Positions 58,127 to 64,000 of a stretch of 64,000 nt of DNA are shown here, in pieces. Position 1 is the stretch's first letter, and every line of letters begins with the position of its first letter. Source of the stretch: Neophaeotheca triangularis. Taxonomy: Eukaryota. The position numbers and the translations under genes were made by a program. Where the stretch lies: contig BAAIJX010000008.1 of NCBI GenBank assembly GCA_054600435.1, forward strand, positions 62,001-126,000. Reading direction: 5' to 3'. The notes under the pieces were generated by a model, which was not told the DNA's origin, ran no database searches, and was given only the letters and a program-made list of their open reading frames with translations.

Positions 58127-60094
58127 CTACCGCGCCTTGGTATACCGACCCTGCCGCATTTGCTCTTGCAAACTTTCCTGCTGGCTGGGCAGGGGAGCAC
58201 GCCTGCGCGACCCGGCAGCGCCGCCCTGATCAGGCGTCGGCGCCACTGCCGGTAGATTGCCTGGAGGCGGGAAGCCGGGTGGCAGCTGGAAACCTGGAGG
58301 CATTGGGGGGAAACCGGGGGGAGGACCGCCGTTCTGACCGGGCGGAGGGAGAGGGGGTAGCTGTCCTCCAAACATTTCTTTGAGCTTTTCGAGGTCTAGA
58401 CCGGGTGGTAGTGGCGGCGGGTTTCCATTCGCGGGCGGGAAGGGCATGGACATGCCGCTGGGCATGCCTGGGAAGGGAGGCGGCTGGCCGACGCCGACCG
58501 GCGGTGGAGGACCTGTGGGTTGAGACATGGGCATAGGTGCTGCGATGCCGGGTAACCCCGGCAAGAAAGACTGCTTGCTCGGCATTTTCTGGTCCACCAG
58601 TCCGTCTGCTTCGTCCTCCGTATCGGCTTCCTCTTCCTCCTTGAGCCTCTGTGCCTCTGCCCTCTTCCACGTGCCCTTTTCTTCCGCAGCAGACTGCCCG
58701 ATGTGCCATCTATCGTCAATGTAAGACTTGTCTCCCGGTCTCGGCCTTGTCCAGAACCGTGTAGCTTTGTCATTTGATCCAGTGGCAAGTATGTGCCCGA
58801 GAGGATGCCATGCCATGCTCCAAATGTTCATGTCGTGAGCGTATTGCGTTACATGTGCAGGATGGATGGTCTGCGCCGGGGCCTCTGCAGGGTTGGGGGT
58901 ATCGTAAGGTGACAGACTGTTGGAAGTTCCGGCGGGCGTATTAGGCTCGTCCAGCAGATAGTGGTGCACAGAGCCATCTCCGCCACCCGTCGTGAGCATA
59001 GACGAATGTATAGGGTGCCACACAAGCGAGCTGACTTCTTTGCGCTCGTTCTCGCTCTTCATGATGAAGACATCCCGCATCATCCTGATATCAAAGACTC
59101 GCGTCATTCTATCACGCCCACACGAAGCGAGAAGCACACCGTTGTTCGGCTCAAACTTCGCTTCCGCCACAGTATTTTTGTGACCATGAAGCGTAGTCAA
59201 ACACCTTGCCGTTCTCGGGTCCCAAAACTTGATCGTCGAGTCCTTTGATCCAGAAACCACCAACCCCTTGCTAGGATGCCAATCAACACACTTGACATCC
59301 CATGAGTGCCCACTAAGCTCATTCTCCTGAGTCCCGCCCGCAAAATCGAAAATCTTCACAAGATTGTCGTCTCCAGCCGTAGCGAACTTGGTATCCGTAG
59401 GCGCGAAAGCGAGCCCTCTGACCTCACAGTCGTCGTGCGCCTGGATGTGCTTGACGTTGTTGAAGTTGGTCTGGAAGTACTTGACCACACCCTCCGAGTC
59501 CGAGGAAATGAGCCATTCGTTGTTGTGGCTGTAGCAAAGCGCTCGCACCGCGGCTTCGTGCGCTTGCGTGATGGTTTCGAAGTTGAAAGCCGAACCATTC
59601 CAGAGAGTGAACTCGCCGCTCGAGGATGCGGTGATGAGTCTTCGTCCCTCGGGAGTCCACGCGACAGCACCTACGGGGTGCTTGATCTTGTTCAGAGAGG
59701 TGTGAAGGTGCTTCGCCGGTATCGTGTCGGCGGGCCTTGTTTTCCTCGCAGCTGGTGGTAGCATCTACACAAGTTAGCAAACTACACAGAATCTTGAGTA
59801 AAACCTCTCTACTCACATCCACCACGTAGCCAGGGGCCGGCCTTTCCGCCTCCATCCTCACGCCACCCTTGTAATTTGGTCTACGGTTCCGCATCCACTG
59901 CACATAGCTCGACCCGATGTCCGTCGCATTACCTAGCGATTTTGTGTGAGTTTCGAAGAACAGTAGCCGTCTGCCGTTCAGGAATCCGCTGGGGAGAGGG
60001 AGGGCCAGAAAAGTAACCTACGTCTACCAGGCCTTCCTCGACTGCGGCCTCCATCAAAGCCTCCCCCATGATCCGCGGCAAACTCGCGATCCAT
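58127..60094 (-). CDS. PFS2: Polyadenylation factor subunit 2 (WDR33), 3 exons
   Basis: ATG at 60094; [36 protein letters not shown]40 repeats, [22 protein letters not shown]; Pro-rich tail. Confidence 0.94.
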
Positions 60095-60665
60095 GATCGC
60101 CGCGTCTCTACGCTCTGCTCAATGCCTAAGCTATAGCTTTTGCAAACAGAGCAGAAACGCCGTTGAGAGAACTTCGGGATCGGCTCGGACAGCAAAAGGT
60201 TCCTAGTGGAGTTGTCGGAAATCGTGGTGGCAGTTTGTGTCGTCCACCAAGACACGAGATTTTTGGAACAAGTTCGCAATGGAGCTGATGAATGTTGTGA
60301 TTTAGAAAAGCGGGCAGTAGACGTCTCGTAGGTCGACCACGGTCAACCACTCAGTCGCGCAAATGAGGTTCGGCTTCCACTAGCGCGTTGTAAAGCTGCC
60401 AAGATCGAGGCGGTATCACGTGGAAAGAGTGGGGCGCATTTGATCACAACGGCAATGGGAAGAGCACGCCCTCCAGTGTCGATACGAAGACATCAGACGT
60501 ACAGGCAGCGAAGATGCGAACATTAAGAGCATACTTGACATCATGGCAATCGCAGGTTGAACGTGCAAGACACACTGCTCTATTTAACGACCCGACCTAA
60601 CCCCACAAACACCCTCATAACCAAATAACCCTCTCCTCCCTCGCAAACTCCGACCACAGGACACA

Positions 60666-62237
60666 CTAAGTCCACGGGCTCTTGGAGAAAAGCTCTGGAT
60701 ACTGCGGGCGATCCAGCCCGGTGCCATACTTAGCCTGCCAAGCAAAAAAATACAGCAAAGCGGCCAAAGGCTGGCCGAAAAGGCAGAAAGTTAGCCAGAA
60801 AATAACGTTGCCGATTAGCTTGCCGTTGATGCTGTTGACTTTGGACAGCGGGTCGGTTATGAAGATCAAAGGTAGCTGGAGCACCATGCCGGCGAAAGCG
60901 ACGCCGAGGATGTTGTGCGTAGGGATGCCGACGAGGAGTTCGTGCAGCACGCCCGAGAAGAGGAAGGTGAGAATTTGCGCTAAGGTGGGTGGGACGCCCC
61001 GGCCGACTAGTGGGGAGTAGATATGGCGTTTCATGAAGTTGGTGACGGGCTTGTTCCAGGATGTCCAGTATGAGCGTACGTTGGAGACGTTCCACCAGTC
61101 CGTATAGAATTCGCGGTCGCCGAAGCGCATTATCTCTGCTAGGGCGTTGAGGAAGGATTGGAAGAGGGCGAAGAAGCCTGCTAACCAGCAGACTAGGGAG
61201 ATGGTGGAGAGTTTCAGGACCCGCTCTAGGAGGCCGACCATGTTTAAAGTGCTGATGTCGTTCAGACTGTTCTGGAGTAGGGGTACTGCGTACTGGGCCG
61301 AAGCTACCCAGATGACAATGGTGAGCGCGAATACCTCGAACAATCTTTTGGCAACGAACATCCAGCGAATATTTGAAGTACGCGGGTAGACGGGTTGGTA
61401 GACGAGTGTGGGAGCCCACCAAAAGTAGCAAAGATTCGATACCGTAATGTTCGACGGATACGGGCATGGGTCGTATAGCGAGGGCATGGGCTCTTGAGGC
61501 CCACTCGGGTTCAGGAGAAGAGCGTGTCGCAGATCGCGGTTTGTGAAAGCATACGAGCATGTCTTGAGCCAGACAATGACGGCGTGGAGCTCGCACAGCG
61601 CGCCGACGCCTGGGTTGTGAATGTGGTAGTATACAACATACGTGGCTATGCAGAGGTTGGCCGTGGCATTGATCGTGTGTAGAGCTGCTATTGTCCACCA
61701 AGTGGCCAGAAACCGATGCCGAACGTCGGACGCCTGCTTGGGATGATTGTTTGCCTGGCTCTTCATCGATCTCACTGCTGCTGCCTGAGCGGCGCGCGCT
61801 GCCACTAGCTCGATAATCCAAGCAGCGAACAGATGGCACGGTACCGTCAAGTACAGCAGCATGCCCAGCCTCCAATCCTCGCGACTGACAGCGCTCGTCG
61901 AGAACGTCAGCAAGATGCCGTATTTTTTGAAGTTCTCAATCATCAGGCGCAAGTTGGACGCGATCAACGCCAGGGCCATGAGGTTCCTAAACCCCACGAA
62001 GGACGGCGATACGGTGGAATCATGGCTGAGGTATGAGGTCCTTGTATCCGCGTGCACGGCAAATGTGTGCTTGTATTTTTTCGAAGACCTCCGATCTGAG
62101 ACTACTGCGTTGTCGTTGGGCTTGATGTCTTGCTGTAGTCTTTTGGCTGTTGCGGTTCGAAAGTTGGCTTCGGTCGATTCGCAGCGAGCAGTGCTCGTGG
62201 CAGTGCTGATTGCTGATGCCATTTGGGTGGTCTGCAT
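60666..62237 (-). CDS. MBOAT acyltransferase, DGAT1/sterol O-acyltransferase-like
   Basis: GFRNL, WLKTCSYAFTN, APTLVYQPVYPR, FGDREFYTDWWN, WNKPV, catalytic HE in SGVLHELL, GNVIFW..GQP. Confidence 0.92.
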   Translation of the reverse strand: MQTTQMASAISTATSTARCESTEANFRTATAKRLQQDIKPNDNAVVSDRRSSKKYKHTFAVHADTRTSYLSHDSTVSPSFVGFRNLMALALIASNLRLMIENFKKYGILLTFSTSAVSREDWRLGMLLYLTVPCHLFAAWIIELVAARAAQAAAVRSMKSQANNHPKQASDVRHRFLATWWTIAALHTINATANLCIATYVVYYHIHNPGVGALCELHAVIVWLKTCSYAFTNRDLRHALLLNPSGPQEPMPSLYDPCPYPSNITVSNLCYFWWAPTLVYQPVYPRTSNIRWMFVAKRLFEVFALTIVIWVASAQYAVPLLQNSLNDISTLNMVGLLERVLKLSTISLVCWLAGFFALFQSFLNALAEIMRFGDREFYTDWWNVSNVRSYWTSWNKPVTNFMKRHIYSPLVGRGVPPTLAQILTFLFSGVLHELLVGIPTHNILGVAFAGMVLQLPLIFITDPLSKVNSINGKLIGNVIFWLTFCLFGQPLAALLYFFAWQAKYGTGLDRPQYPELFSKSPWT

Positions 62238-62945
62238 GGCGCTCGAGGAGGTGTTGGTTCACCTATGCTATCCGCTCATTCGACAAAATGGCTCCAATTT
62301 CACATGCTGAGGATCGCTCCCATTGAGGTCTGGAGTGACTGGGCGAGTCTTAGCTATTGGCCGGGTTCCGGCCTCGTTACGAGTGTCAAAGGGGCCGTGG
62401 ATTGTTCGATAGCCTGTCACGGTCAAGGAAGTTGGTGCTGTAGATTTGACGAAAGGTCGACATGGCGGACGAGTCCAAGTTAAGGTATGCCCTGTAGGTA
62501 CCCTACGCAGGTCCTGGCATTCGCGAATGACGACTGCTCCTTGGAAATGCTGGGCTGAGTGCAGCTGTTGGGAAAGTGGGGCAAGGTACAGACGAAGGGG
62601 ATGGGAGCTTTCGTGTGCCTGAGCATTGAGAATGTATACCTCCACTGTCGTGACTTTGTACATGTCTCAAAGACAACCTATAGCATTAACTGTTTGTTGA
62701 GCACAGCATTGATCAGAGATGCGAGGTCCACAATCAATTTTGTCGTTTTCCAATGCTTTAATTGAATATATCATCGAACCCTCGTGTCCCCTAAATTTAT
62801 GTATCCTAGCTTCCAACACGTCTCCTAAGAAGGCTCTTGATACCAGAACCAAACCTCTCGTGCAATTCGGCCACTTTCAATCCAAGGTAATCCACTCTCC
62901 GTTGGGAACGCCGAGCGCCCTCTATTTGTTCTCTCTGGGAAGAGA

Positions 62946-64000
62946 TCACACATAGCTGACCTTGACACCCATGCCCACCGTTTGCCTAACCTTGCCCCAA
63001 CTTTGCGCCAATGCCCTCCGTAAACGCATCCTCAAATCTCGTCTAGATATCAGGATCAAAAAGGCAAACAAAAACATCAAGAAGCGCGTCGAAATCGCGC
63101 TGACATTCAAATTCTGCCTTGCGTGGCTAAGCATGGCAATTGCACGGTTCAGCATAGTCGGCGAATTTGCCGGAGCAGAAGTAGGCGCAGTTCGTTTGTT
63201 CGTAGGACTGTTTCGGGCTTGATTGTTGGCCGCGCCATTCGGTTTCTGCGCGTTCCTTTGTGGCTTCTTCGACGCCGCTTCTCGTTCGGCCTTGTCTATT
63301 TGCCTACGCGCTTCTTCCGCTGCTCTCTGTTCTGCTTCATCCTTTTCCCTGCGCGCTCTTTCCTCTTCTTCCTTGTCGGCCGCGGCCTTCATCTCTTGTT
63401 CCCTTCTGGCAGCCAATTCCCTCTCCCTGAGCGCAGTTCCATCGCTCTCCTCCTTGAGCTCTTCCAACGCTCTAACAAAGTCTTCCCTCCGCTCCTCGTC
63501 CAAAAGTTCAGACATCTCGATGAAGCTGTGAGCGTAATCCCATTCCTGGTTCGCGGGTAAGACGTGCAGAGTGTATAGTTCCAGAATCTTCAACCTGGAC
63601 GCCAAAGTCTTTGGCGTATCAATAGCTGCAGAAGAAGATAGAGCAGGCGATGCAGTACCGTCGTGCTGGTGGAAGGAAACAGCAACAGCATTTGCCGGGG
63701 AAGCAGCCGCCAGCCAGCTTTCGAGTCTCTGCTGATTGAAGCGTTGACTCGGCATGTGTGAGATGAGCAGAGTCGCTAGATTGACCACGACTTCGGCATC
63801 CACTTCTCCCTCGTCTCCACCGTATCCATCCCGAACAATCTCCTCCCATATCCTGCCCTCCCTGACCTTCGCAGCCAGCTCTCTCCAGCGCGCAGCATCG
63901 CCATCGAACTGCGCCTTGCCTTCCTGCGATCCCAAATCCACAATAGCATGCAACAAGCTCAAATAAAAAACCCAGACCCTCGTGCGCGTGCTTGGTGGGG
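62946..64000 (-). CDS. PEX26: Peroxin Pex26 (fungal), 5' part outside the window
   Basis: ILELYTLHVLP..EWDYA..LLDEERRE, a coiled coil, a C-terminal TM and KVRQTVGMGVKVSYV end. The frame is open to the window edge. Confidence 0.85.
   Translation of the reverse strand, partial: PPSTRTRVWVFYLSLLHAIVDLGSQEGKAQFDGDAARWRELAAKVREGRIWEEIVRDGYGGDEGEVDAEVVVNLATLLISHMPSQRFNQQRLESWLAAASPANAVAVSFHQHDGTASPALSSSAAIDTPKTLASRLKILELYTLHVLPANQEWDYAHSFIEMSELLDEERREDFVRALEELKEESDGTALRERELAARREQEMKAAADKEEEERARREKDEAEQRAAEEARRQIDKAEREAASKKPQRNAQKPNGAANNQARNSPTNKRTAPTSAPANSPTMLNRAIAMLSHARQNLNVSAISTRFLMFLFAFLILISRRDLRMRLRRALAQSWGKVRQTVGMGVKVSYV

Noticed and set aside
57493..58371. ORFs of 170-292 aa around the PFS2 3' end
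   Set aside because: No domain signal, composition typical of non-coding frames, and overlap with the PFS2 tail and 3'UTR.
8602..60422. TCACGTG E-box (Cbf1-like) sites at 8602, 10391, 14912, 31061, 46979, 50344 and 60416
   Set aside because: About 8 copies are expected by chance in 64 kb on both strands, and copies also occur in coding sequence (12700, 26395). Individual sites may be real, but enrichment is not supportable.

Overview
Gene-dense, intron-containing fungal genomic DNA from a filamentous ascomycete (Pezizomycotina; Dothideomycete-like by impression only). It holds about 24 apparently intact protein-coding genes, mostly housekeeping: a GT8-like protein, a siderophore-iron MFS transporter, ISY1, a DUF2439 protein, a GH18 ENGase-like enzyme, a Cys2/CysA-type acyltransferase, a lactonase, two other MFS transporters, ERG1, SDS22, a Jsn1-like RRM-PUF protein, a Zn2Cys6 TF, RDS3, an L-type lectin, TCD, PEX8, a TMEM170-like protein, CPA1/arg-2, a WSC sensor, PFS2, a DGAT1-like MBOAT and a partial PEX26. 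I saw no transposon, tRNA, rRNA or CRISPR array. The most interesting signals lie outside the ORF track: (1) a ~450-630 nt minus-strand structured RNA with H/ACA-type architecture (47897-~48520); (2) a spliced 24-codon arginine attenuator uORF ahead of CPA1; (3) a SAM-like membrane protein gene with two phase-compatible terminal exons, each encoding a transmembrane hairpin; (4) two in-frame 5' splice donors exactly 300 nt apart in the WSC sensor stalk; (5) two GC-AG introns; (6) paired SreA-type sites before the siderophore transporter; (7) an ankyrin gene relic with an internal deletion; (8) a gene interrupted by a single UAG. Family names come from recalled motifs, not database searches. Exon structures were inferred by hand from splice signals and frame continuity.
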